Source: a virus (taxonomy: Duplodnaviria; Caudoviricetes). From it: DNA of 64,000 bases. The position numbers were made by a program, and so were the translations under genes. The DNA is taken from positions 64,001-128,000 of IMG/VR virus record IMGVR_UViG_2595698455_000001; one strand, 5' to 3'. Positions 18,831 to 27,513 of this stretch are shown here, piece after piece; the first letter of the stretch is position 1, and each line of letters opens with the position of its first letter. Below the pieces are notes generated by a model. It worked only from the letters and a program-made list of their open reading frames with translations. It made no database searches and was not told where the DNA came from.

Positions 18831-19697
18831 TTAATCGATACGGGTCAGCTGTGTAATAGATGATTGCACTGGGCTGGTTACATAGATTCGGACATTGGCT
18901 TTCCATTCACCCCAGATCATCGGCAAAGCCGGGAAGTTGTCTTCGTTGAAAACAAACACAGGAATGTAGCTCTCAATCGTTTCGCCAGAGAATGCCTGGA
19001 AGCCCATCTTGGTGTATTCCACGATCTCGTCAATAAAATCGAACGGAGCGAAGGCAACACCAACGTGTTCGTTAGATCCGAGCTGGCCTGGAGTGGCCGT
19101 GCCAGTCAGAATGATTTCAGTGATCTGACGCTTAGGATTGCCAGTCAGCATATCAGAGAAGTCTGGCTCTTTGAATGCTGCCATGTTCTTCAGGAACTTG
19201 CCAGCCGGATACTCTTTCCCACCAACGGTGATCGTGTCAACCACTTTGATGCAAGCCTGTGGGAATTCACCTTGGATTTCCAGTTCGCCTTCGATGAACC
19301 CCAGGTCATAATAATATTGCAGAGCCGGACCAACTTCACCTTCGTTGCGAATGAACTTGCTCATGTTGGAGGCATAAACACGCTGCAAGCACTCGTCGCC
19401 GTCGAAACCAGTGATATGCGCCACACCATCGTTGACAGTGGTGATATCGCCCTGTGCGTCCATGATGTCTTTCATGACTTTATCCATGTCAACAACCTGA
19501 TCTACAACACGCGGCGACACAACCAGCTCTACTTTGACATCATGATCAAAATAGGCCGCTTCCAGCAGTTCACGGGTTTCTTCCAGCACCAGTTTCGCCT
19601 GATTGCGGATCTTGGTGAAATCGGGTGATGTAATATCGCCCTTTGCATTACCGAAAGCCAAATTCAGATTCACGTTTTTAGAAAATGTAGTTGTCAT
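18831..19697 (-). CDS. MazG-like all-alpha NTP pyrophosphohydrolase
   Basis: LVLEETRELLEA...DIMDAQGDI...VYASNMSK acidic motif. Confidence 0.72.
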   Translation of the reverse strand: MTTTFSKNVNLNLAFGNAKGDITSPDFTKIRNQAKLVLEETRELLEAAYFDHDVKVELVVSPRVVDQVVDMDKVMKDIMDAQGDITTVNDGVAHITGFDGDECLQRVYASNMSKFIRNEGEVGPALQYYYDLGFIEGELEIQGEFPQACIKVVDTITVGGKEYPAGKFLKNMAAFKEPDFSDMLTGNPKRQITEIILTGTATPGQLGSNEHVGVAFAPFDFIDEIVEYTKMGFQAFSGETIESYIPVFVFNEDNFPALPMIWGEWKANVRIYVTSPVQSSITQLTRID

Positions 19698-19713
19698 GAT
19701 TTAGCGACTCCAG

Positions 19714-20178
19714 TTATTCGCTTTTGGCCTTTGTAGGCCGGATAATGTATTTTGGAACCAGCTTCCATTCAGGAACCTGATCGTGTTTAACCACTTTAAT
19801 GCGTGACATATCGGCGGCTTCGGTGACCTGCTCAGGATGAATGACCTTCACCATGTTCCACTGCTCAAGCAGCTTGATAATACGATTCATTCGCAGGATG
19901 TCCTCACGGTTGAAGCCGTTGTAATGGCCATCCAGCATGAACAAATGCTTGAAGTGAACGATATAATACTTGCCATACTTATGAAGAATATGGCAAGTCT
20001 GATACAGAGTATTCAGCTCTTGGCGCGTGTTTACCCCAATTCGGCTCAGTGTTTCCTTGATCCCCAGGAAGATCCCTGGCCGATCTTGGTTCAATTGTAC
20101 TTCAACCATACAGTCAACGATGCTGGCCTCATCGTTGACGGCTGAAATGTTCAATATGTCTAGCGTATTGCGCGCCAT
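19714..20178 (-). CDS. regA: RegA translational repressor
   Basis: FLGIKETLSRIGV...TLYQTCHILHKYGKYYIVHFKHLFMLDG...WKLVPKY. Confidence 0.93.
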   Translation of the reverse strand: MARNTLDILNISAVNDEASIVDCMVEVQLNQDRPGIFLGIKETLSRIGVNTRQELNTLYQTCHILHKYGKYYIVHFKHLFMLDGHYNGFNREDILRMNRIIKLLEQWNMVKVIHPEQVTEAADMSRIKVVKHDQVPEWKLVPKYIIRPTKAKSE

Positions 20179-20207
20179 GACTCATTCCCCCTTTACAATA
20201 GTTTGAA

Positions 20208-20630
20208 CTACTTAGCCTTGCGCGGTTTCGCTTTGGCGTTCAGCTCAGTGCGTCCCATCTTCTCGCGTATCTCGGCCAGGACTTCCTTCGGCAAGAAACG
20301 GACGTACTCGGATGCCTTCTCCATGCTGATGTAGAAGTACTCGGAGAGCAACTTCACGTCAGGATCGATCGGACCTTTCTTGGACCATTTGTCGTAGCGT
20401 TTCCGCGCTGGGATGGAATGAAAGGCGTATGACCATTGCATCCATGGAGTGATAGCATGCAGCTTATTCATCTGCTGCGCAAACACCAGAGTATCTTTGC
20501 TCTGAGCGAGACCACGCCGCGTCATGAACGGGTCGAACCCTTTTTGCACTTCCGGATCATCGGTTTGCAGAAGGTTCTCTTTGCTGCTGTTCAGGGCAGA
20601 CAGATAATCGAACAATCCAGGTGCGGCCAT
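20208..20630 (-). CDS. 62: gp62 clamp loader small subunit
   Basis: LFDYLSALN...FDPFMTRRGLAQ...RKRYDKWSK; between 44 and regA. Confidence 0.85.
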   Translation of the reverse strand: MAAPGLFDYLSALNSSKENLLQTDDPEVQKGFDPFMTRRGLAQSKDTLVFAQQMNKLHAITPWMQWSYAFHSIPARKRYDKWSKKGPIDPDVKLLSEYFYISMEKASEYVRFLPKEVLAEIREKMGRTELNAKAKPRKAK

Positions 20631-20634
20631 AGTA

Positions 20635-21624
20635 TCACTTCCACTTGATGTTGAGCATGATGTTGGTCAGGAAGTACACGGCATGCAACCATACGTCCCC
20701 AACCTGACGGTGCTCAATTTGAGACTGACCACAGACACAGACCAGGTCGGGGATAGACTCAGTCTGTACAGCCATCGGCTTCTCTTTATCCTGCGGTACA
20801 CAGAACTGGAAGAATCGAGAATAGAAGTCTTCTGTGATGTAGTTCTGGTTGTCAGTCACCCACTGCTTCATGCCAGCCCAGTCATTGGCTTTCAGCATAG
20901 CAACCAGCGTACCGAGGTCAGCTGCTTTCAATACAGCCAGAGCGCGTTCGTCAATCTTGCCATAGGTGGTGACGTTGTCTTGCAGGGCACCCATGATGCG
21001 GCGGTTGTCAGGGAAATTGCGCTTGACGATGGCGGCTAGAACCTGAGGAACGAACTCAACACCTTCGGCGCGGAGGATTTCAACGCAACGCAGGCAGAAC
21101 TTGTTCTGAACTTCCAGTGCTTCCTGCTCGTTCCAGATAAAGTCAATTTCACGGCAACGAGAGCGCAGAGGTTCGTTCACACGTTGCTTGGCGTTGGTGG
21201 TCAAGATAAAGGAGCAGTTCTTGGAGACCTTCTCTACGATACCCTTCAGGGATTCCTGCGCCGCCATAGACAAGCGCTCCACTTCGTCGAGGATAACGAC
21301 TTTGCGACCGCCGAATACGCTCACGCCAGTAGAGTACTGAATCACACGATCACGGATAACATCAATGCTGTTGTCCAGGGATGCGTTGATCAACAGGGGT
21401 TGCTTACAACCGATCTCGTTACACACAGCCAGAGCAGAGGTGGTCTTGCCAGTACCAGGTCCGGGGGAGTAGAACAGCATCGAAGGGATGTTACCGTTGC
21501 CACTTGTGATATAGCCGTGGATTTTAGCGCGGACGTCCTGAGGGATGATGATCTCATCAAGGTTGTCAGGGCGGAAGCGGTTTTCCCATGCATACTGGTC
21601 TTTTACAATCGTGATATTGGACAT
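20635..21624 (-). CDS. 44: gp44 clamp loader large subunit (AAA+)
   Basis: WENRFRP, SPGPGTGKTT, ILDEVE, LRSRC. Confidence 0.93.
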   Translation of the reverse strand: MSNITIVKDQYAWENRFRPDNLDEIIIPQDVRAKIHGYITSGNGNIPSMLFYSPGPGTGKTTSALAVCNEIGCKQPLLINASLDNSIDVIRDRVIQYSTGVSVFGGRKVVILDEVERLSMAAQESLKGIVEKVSKNCSFILTTNAKQRVNEPLRSRCREIDFIWNEQEALEVQNKFCLRCVEILRAEGVEFVPQVLAAIVKRNFPDNRRIMGALQDNVTTYGKIDERALAVLKAADLGTLVAMLKANDWAGMKQWVTDNQNYITEDFYSRFFQFCVPQDKEKPMAVQTESIPDLVCVCGQSQIEHRQVGDVWLHAVYFLTNIMLNIKWK

Positions 21625-21728
21625 TATGAATTCCCATGATATAGTTTACAGAATAGAACCCAAGCACTGTCATTTCAAATGGGCGAGTCAGCCCCGCCCA
21701 CACATTATATTATCAGGCTGGAGATTGA

Positions 21729-22397
21729 TTACTCAATCTGTGCGCCGACGAAGTAATTGATCGTCGCATCGGAGGACTGGAAGTTCACCATCTGCAGCTC
21801 GGCACAGGCGCGCAGAGTGTAGTTGCCTTCGATCATCTTCAGGTTGGCAACGTCCAGCGGCATTACGAAGTCCGGCAGCGCGGTTTCACCCAGCTCAACA
21901 GTGTAGTTGTTGGAGTTATCCAGGGTAGTGGTGGTCGCAACCAGACGAGTTTTGCCACCCTGAGCAACCAGACGCACTGTCTTATGGCCGAGGGTAGAAC
22001 ATGCGCGGGTCAGTTCTTTCATCTTCTCGGGAGTGATGGTCGCTTCAAAGTCGACAGACGGCAGTTCAATGGTGTCAGCCGGAACGACAGTGAGTTCTTT
22101 CGCAGAACGCCAGAACTGTAGCTGGGAGCTTTCACCTTTCAGCAGGATGTAGTCCTGGTGGAATTCGGCTTTACCGCCTTTGAAGGAAGGCAGGCGCTGA
22201 ATGGCCAGCAGTTTGGTCAGGTCCAGGATCGGGAACTCAAACGGGAACTCTTCTTCGATCTGCGCAACAGCGATAACAGTAGATGAATCGTTGATGCTGC
22301 GCAGCATTTTGCCTGGTGTCAGAACGATAGATGGGTTGATGGTCTCAAAGTTGGCCAGCAACTGAAGTGTGCGTTCGGAGAGAGTGATCTCTTGCAT
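21729..22397 (-). CDS. 45: gp45 sliding clamp
   Basis: LSERTLQLLANFETINPSI...FPILDLTKLL...NLKMIEGNY; synteny 45-44-62-regA. Confidence 0.9.
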   Translation of the reverse strand: MQEITLSERTLQLLANFETINPSIVLTPGKMLRSINDSSTVIAVAQIEEEFPFEFPILDLTKLLAIQRLPSFKGGKAEFHQDYILLKGESSQLQFWRSAKELTVVPADTIELPSVDFEATITPEKMKELTRACSTLGHKTVRLVAQGGKTRLVATTTTLDNSNNYTVELGETALPDFVMPLDVANLKMIEGNYTLRACAELQMVNFQSSDATINYFVGAQIE

Positions 22398-22550
22398 TTG
22401 TATGTATCCTCAAAATATAGTGGGGTTCAAGTCATGTTTGACGCAATCTAGTATCGCTGTGTTGTGCTTATAGAACAAGTGGCAAATTGCGCTACGCGTT
22501 ATTAATAAATGCCTTCGGCATTTATGGACTTTATTAAAGATAATAATCTT

Positions 22551-22613
22551 TATTAATCCTATTCGCTTCGCTCATAACTGCTAATACTCGTTGCTCGTTA
22601 ACACTCACAACTC
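22551..22613. repeat. Conserved non-coding element, copy 1 (copy 2 at 63232-63330)
   Basis: TCGCTTCGCTC(A/G)TAAC block and TCGTTG(C/T)TCGTTAACACTCACAACTC block (25/26 identical) shared between the two loci. Confidence 0.85.
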
Positions 22614-22740
22614 GTATAATACCACGCCAGTGTTCAACAGGAAAGCAGTTTTTATTCAACATCAAAATTATTTTAATTTGGTCTAAACATGGGCGCGAAA
22701 TAATATGTATGTCATGTTAACCAACACACGAGAGTAATAT

Positions 22741-23118
22741 ATGAAACAGTTCGTAGGATTATATGCGGTCGGATGCAGTAAGCCAGACGCCATCCTCACC
22801 GCAGGGCAGTTCGTTACAGGCACACCAGTCTACCTTGCTCAGCTGGCGTCAGACAAGAACTTACCATCGGAGCCACGATTTGTCCCTCTGGGTTTGATGA
22901 CAGGCCTGAAAGTTGGTCTGTATGTCGGTGTCGTGACGTTTGAAAACGGTATCGAAGCGAAGGTGCTGCCATTCAAATTGGGTAGCGAACAAATGCTGAA
23001 GGACACGATCAGTGAACACCTGAACGCACAGTGTCTGGCTTCTCTGGACAAATTGTTCGGTGCGGCGGACGAAGAAGGCGAGGCAACCCCCGCCTATGTG
23101 AACCAAGATCAATCGTGA
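22741..23118 (+). CDS. Hypothetical protein
   Basis: 125-aa ORF, GAGAG SD, divergent from gp45. Confidence 0.65.
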   Translation: MKQFVGLYAVGCSKPDAILTAGQFVTGTPVYLAQLASDKNLPSEPRFVPLGLMTGLKVGLYVGVVTFENGIEAKVLPFKLGSEQMLKDTISEHLNAQCLASLDKLFGAADEEGEATPAYVNQDQS

Positions 23119-23438
23119 TTACCCAGCGCCACCTTCATGAACTCCACGGGGTGGCGCTCCGTCAGGTAGAACTTGTAACGCTCATGAGAGTGCCTGATAG
23201 CGTGGTTCGTGCTTGCGTTGTACGACACATCATCCACTAAATCCCATATCCATGCGACGTCCTTAGAGGAGTGCTGACGCATCAGACGACCCAGTGTCTG
23301 TATGACGCGGATATACGACTTGCTCGGGTGCGCCAGAACAAGGTGATGCAGCTTCTTCCAAGATATCCCGGTGCTGAAAGTTCCGTATGTGGCAAGCACC
23401 GTGATATCTTCCGCCTTATTAATTTTAGTCGGTTTCAT
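23109..23438 (-). CDS. uvsW: UvsW helicase, C-terminal fragment
   Basis: EDITVLATYGTFSTGIS (motif V) and IQTLGRLMR (motif VI); ATG overlaps the HNH stop (ATGA) behind an AGGGGTAGG SD. Confidence 0.85.
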   Translation of the reverse strand: MKPTKINKAEDITVLATYGTFSTGISWKKLHHLVLAHPSKSYIRVIQTLGRLMRQHSSKDVAWIWDLVDDVSYNASTNHAIRHSHERYKFYLTERHPVEFMKVALGNHD

Positions 23439-24379
23439 TTCCTACCCCTGTTGGATGCTAGTTTTCCTTCTACCCACCCAACAGGAATTTCATTGGGGTG
23501 TATGAATTTACTATTTAAACCGTTGTTGTACCATCTCCAGCCTTGTGACAGTTTCAGGAGTTTTGTTTCTTCTCTCTTCTTTTTGATGTCTTCTTTATTC
23601 TCCCACATAGTTTTGCTGGCTTTACTTCTTGTTTCTTTGAACTCTGTGGTGGACATGGCCTCTTGTCTCTTAGTGTTCACCAGTTCCACATACTCTGGGT
23701 CTTTCCATAAATTTATCGCACGTTCTTTGTGTTTGGCAACGGTGACGCCAGTGGAATTGGACTCTCGCAAACCATTGATCATCCTTTCTCTAATTTCGGG
23801 GTCTTTCCAGTTTCCCTTGGATATTTGCGAGAAACGTTCCTTTGCTTCTGCCGTGTTGGCTCTCGCTATCAAAATAGACCTTAACTTTTCACCCACCTCC
23901 GTGTTCCACATACTCACAAAGAATTTTGACCAACGTCGGCGTTCATATGGGCTAGAACGTTTCTCCTTTGAAATGGAACCCATCATCTTCCTGTATTCCG
24001 GGTCCTCCCAAAGAGCTTTCATAAGAGAAGACTTTATTGCCCGGTTGTTCTGGATGGTTGTTTGGTCTTCATATCCAAACTCCGACATCAAGACATAAGC
24101 CATTACAGCCGCCCTTGTGCGTGTGGCTTTTGCCAATATCTTGTGAGCTATGAAATGTGCTCTTGGTGACAACAGTGCCAAGTTCCAGGTATGAATGCTT
24201 AGATTTTTGAATTGTGGAAAATCCTTCGCTTGGAGAATATGGTGACGTTCTTTTGTATCACCAACTGCCTGGAAATTTCGGACAAAATTGATATACCTGT
24301 TCACCCAAAATTCATCGGATTTTGGGAGCGCCAACAAGTATTCTCTGATCTTTTTGTCGTTGTTTAATCCAGTTGTCAT
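23435..24379 (-). mobile_element. HNH (MobE-like) homing endonuclease gene inserted within uvsW
   Basis: ERHHIL...NLALLSPRAHFIAHKIL; three WxDPE(Y/I) repeats; C-terminal WYNNG...IPVGWVEG; GAGGA SD. Confidence 0.85.
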
Positions 24380-25703
24380 CAACGTCGTCCTCTTCAGTTA
24401 CGAACATGGCTACTTTGGTTTCCCCATTCGACAACAGAACCTTTTCGTTGTCACCAACCATTATTGATATGTTACCAAACTCCAATGTTATTATCTTTTC
24501 CGACTCTATTAAACTACCTATCTTAAGTCTGTCTTCCACAGCGACATCCCCGTTGATGACAAACACATTGGGCTTGACAGCGCTCAGCATCTCATACACG
24601 ACCATCATGTGGGCGTCGATACGCTCGAACATGATCGCCACGTTCCCTTTCAGGTTAATAGCCATCTTGGCTATCAGTTCGTTGCGGGATTGGTGTGTGA
24701 TGAGATACTCTATTTCCTTGGCGTAATCCCCGTCCAGACCGACAGCATCCGCTGAAGTGTGCTTCAGCTGGATCATCTTCACCTTGATGTCGGTGGCATA
24801 CCCAAGGTTGATAAGGTCGCGAGCCGTGATGATCTTGTGGTACGCCCCGAAGTGGGCTACAACCTGCAGCCCTGCGACCTTCGTGTTTGCCAGAGTACCC
24901 GTAACGCCCAGACGCTGGTCGGCATAGATGCAGTTGTTCAGGATGTAGGACAGCTTCTCAGACTTGGAGGTGTGCACTTCATCCACCACGATATCACCGA
25001 ACTGGTGGAACCACTCCTTCGGCTGATCCTGAATCCCCTGCCACGTACTGATGACGATTGGCTTACTGATCTGTTTGGTCGCACCTTCAAAGATCAGCTG
25101 AGTATTGACAACAGGCTTCCAATCACTGCCATGTGCGTACTCTTCAAAGTTGTCGTACAGCTGAGTAACCAGGTGAATCGACGGCACCACGATAAGCGTC
25201 CTCAGATTGCTTTCGAGAGCTTCTCTGCGCTGCCTGTAGTACCGCGCCATGACGTACAGAACAAAGGACTTACCAGCACTCGTGGCCAGTTCACAGACGC
25301 ATCTGGTTTGGCGCATAGCCTTGGCGATCGTATCGAACTGGTAATCACGGGTTTCGGCGTCGATGTACTCGTGATTTTCGGTGCGGATCTTTGGATGCAG
25401 GCTGTTGATAAATTCACGGATCTCTTCATCAGGGATGTCCTGGATGTACTTCAGAGCCGGATCCAGTTCGATGGTGTATTTGTTGTTCTTACAGAACTTG
25501 AACACCTCGAACAGAAGTCCGATATCGATCAGGCCGGAAGATTTGGTGAACAAGCGAACAACCCCGTCCCATTTAGAGAAGGGGTTGGGAACGAAGTTTG
25601 GATCTTCAAATTTGAAGTAGTCATTCAGCTCTTCCCTGATAGAAAGATCTGCGATGCAACGCATGCGGACTTCGTTAACCTTAACAATCTGAATGTCTGC
25701 CAT
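24312..25703 (-). CDS. uvsW: UvsW helicase, N-terminal fragment with an intein-like C-terminal extension
   Basis: LATSAGKS, VDEVH, GVTGT, VFVINGDV; helicase similarity ends near 24500 and about 60 foreign residues follow. Confidence 0.9.
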   Translation of the reverse strand: MADIQIVKVNEVRMRCIADLSIREELNDYFKFEDPNFVPNPFSKWDGVVRLFTKSSGLIDIGLLFEVFKFCKNNKYTIELDPALKYIQDIPDEEIREFINSLHPKIRTENHEYIDAETRDYQFDTIAKAMRQTRCVCELATSAGKSFVLYVMARYYRQRREALESNLRTLIVVPSIHLVTQLYDNFEEYAHGSDWKPVVNTQLIFEGATKQISKPIVISTWQGIQDQPKEWFHQFGDIVVDEVHTSKSEKLSYILNNCIYADQRLGVTGTLANTKVAGLQVVAHFGAYHKIITARDLINLGYATDIKVKMIQLKHTSADAVGLDGDYAKEIEYLITHQSRNELIAKMAINLKGNVAIMFERIDAHMMVVYEMLSAVKPNVFVINGDVAVEDRLKIGSLIESEKIITLEFGNISIMVGDNEKVLLSNGETKVAMFVTEEDDVDDNWIKQRQKDQRILVGAPKIR

Positions 25704-25731
25704 ACAAAATCTCCCAAGATATATGGGATAT

Positions 25732-26478
25732 TTAGCGGTTCTCCCAGACTCCGTTCTGTTCTTTGTCCATTCGATGATACAGTCGAACGCGCTCAAACAT
25801 CTTTGTCAGGATGTCGTCACGATTGAACTCAATGACAGTGGGTAGAGGAGAAGACTCGTTGGCGATTACATTGATGAGGCGGGTGATCTTGACACCGAAC
25901 ATCTGCTGGAACATGACCGAATATAAGCACAGCTGGATACTGTAATCCTCGATCATTCCCCGCGTCTTCATGATGTTCGATGTCTTGAAGTCGATGATGG
26001 CAGGCTTGCCCTCATAAACCCCGATAAGGTCCACTCGACCTGCGAGACCAAGCACCTCGCTATATAATGGGATCTCCTGAGCATAGATCTTGGTCATCTT
26101 GTTCAGATAGGGGAACAGCTGCTTGAACATGAACATGTATTCGCCAGCCGCTTCCAAAACTTCTTTCATTGGGCGGTTCTTCAAATACAATTCACATGCA
26201 AGATGCAGCTTCTCCCCACGATCCGCGCAACGCATGGTCTCAAGGTCGGCGGCCTCCGTGCCCAGCTTCTCCCTCCAAGCATCAAGCCATTCATGGTCAC
26301 CAGTTCGCCCCAGCATAGTCGTGACAGACGTCAGCTTGACACCAGTTGGTGACACATAATGACGACCGTTCTCCGTCGTCACACACTCCAGTTCCTTATG
26401 AGGAAGTTCGTACTGCTGGAATGTGTAATGACGATTTTCGAAGTCGTTCAGCTTGCGTAGAGCCTGGAGAGATGCCAT
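25732..26478 (-). CDS. PD-(D/E)XK exonuclease
   Basis: SVTTML, RGEKLH, QEIPLYS...LAGRVDLI...IIDFKTS...QLCLY. Confidence 0.85.
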   Translation of the reverse strand: MASLQALRKLNDFENRHYTFQQYELPHKELECVTTENGRHYVSPTGVKLTSVTTMLGRTGDHEWLDAWREKLGTEAADLETMRCADRGEKLHLACELYLKNRPMKEVLEAAGEYMFMFKQLFPYLNKMTKIYAQEIPLYSEVLGLAGRVDLIGVYEGKPAIIDFKTSNIMKTRGMIEDYSIQLCLYSVMFQQMFGVKITRLINVIANESSPLPTVIEFNRDDILTKMFERVRLYHRMDKEQNGVWENR

Positions 26479-26933
26479 TACATTCCTCCGTCCATGTATT
26501 TTCTCCAATCAATGGCGTTCTTCACTTCATATCCGAGCTTGTTCAGGCGATCCAAACATGTCTCGATGAACTTGACCTTTGCCTTCTGCTCTTGAAGCAG
26601 GACAGACAGTTCTACATAGTCTTCGTCGGCTTTGACCCAAGCGTCTAAATCAGACTTCAGTGGGCGAACCTTCAGTGGTCGCTCGGCATAGATGTTAGGC
26701 GGTAACTCCCCTGCATAGTAGCGGCGCAGGTAAAGATCGATCTGGCGGAATCGCCCGTTGAGGAATTCAAGATAACGCCCCTCACGCAGGTAATGGCGCT
26801 GCACTGCCATCCAAGAGCGCCCGATCTTCAATGAGATTTGGTCGAGGTTGTGATCTTCCGGATCCACTGTAACCAGCGGCTCCAGTTCATCCATGATGTC
26901 CTCGGTTGCCATTGTCTGTAGTTGTTCTTTCAT
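26478..26933 (-). CDS. uvsY: UvsY recombination mediator
   Basis: YYAG...LKSDLDAWVKADEDY...GYEVKNAIDWRKY. Confidence 0.85.
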   Translation of the reverse strand: MKEQLQTMATEDIMDELEPLVTVDPEDHNLDQISLKIGRSWMAVQRHYLREGRYLEFLNGRFRQIDLYLRRYYAGELPPNIYAERPLKVRPLKSDLDAWVKADEDYVELSVLLQEQKAKVKFIETCLDRLNKLGYEVKNAIDWRKYMDGGM

Positions 26934-26975
26934 AAAATATCCCAGCTTGTCAATGTCATGGAATTATACTGCATC

Positions 26976-27476
26976 TCACGGGTTAGGAACAACTTCTTTG
27001 GTGGCCAGCTGAGGAACCATCTGCTGGAACTTGAAGGTCACCGTCGTCACCAGCTGAGGTACTGCCGCATCTACATCGACCAACACGTTGTCAAGAGCAG
27101 TCGGGCGTGCGTCTTCCAGCACCAGAGTCAGGCCAATTGGGCGGTTCAGGTTGTCCAACAGCTCAATCACGATGTCCTTGCTGACAGGCATGTCCAGCCC
27201 GACATTGGACTTGATCCAGTTGTGTATCTGAAGCCACGACTTCCAGTCCTCATCTATAACGAAAGTAAATACGATGGGATCATATGTTAAACGTTCCGAC
27301 GGTATGGACACAAGCACATCGCCTGGAGATGGGCCATCGATGCCCTCTGAATAGAGACCAGGAATACTGAAGTCGTGAATATTGCGGGACACAAGCGTTA
27401 AGTCGCCGATTGATAAGCGCCATTTATCAGACGCCGCGAAGTTAGGGTTTTCGTTCTTGAATTGTACGTCAGACAT
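26976..27476 (-). CDS. 3: gp3 tail tube terminator / tail completion protein
   Basis: FSIPG...IPSERLTYDPIVFTFVIDEDWKSWLQIHNWI...TVTFKF; start MSDVQF. Confidence 0.8.
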   Translation of the reverse strand: MSDVQFKNENPNFAASDKWRLSIGDLTLVSRNIHDFSIPGLYSEGIDGPSPGDVLVSIPSERLTYDPIVFTFVIDEDWKSWLQIHNWIKSNVGLDMPVSKDIVIELLDNLNRPIGLTLVLEDARPTALDNVLVDVDAAVPQLVTTVTFKFQQMVPQLATKEVVPNP

Positions 27477-27513
27477 AATAGCACCTTTTGCTGTGGAGAT
27501 ACTTGTGACCCTG

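Noticed and set aside
23410-24500. Translational bypassing (gene 60-like hop) between matching GAA codons flanking the uvsW insertion
   Set aside because: The gap exceeds 1 kb, no stop codon or hairpin follows the take-off codon, and the C-fragment has its own SD and ATG
24312-24515. Functional canonical split intein in uvsW
   Set aside because: No block-B His, no block F/G, no terminal His-Asn and no Cys/Ser/Thr +1 at the C-fragment junction; kept only as a degenerate intein-like hypothesis
25732-26478. Cas4-like nuclease suggesting a CRISPR system
   Set aside because: Common T4-like PD-(D/E)XK exonuclease in the uvsY-uvsW block; no Fe-S Cys set and no repeat-spacer array seen
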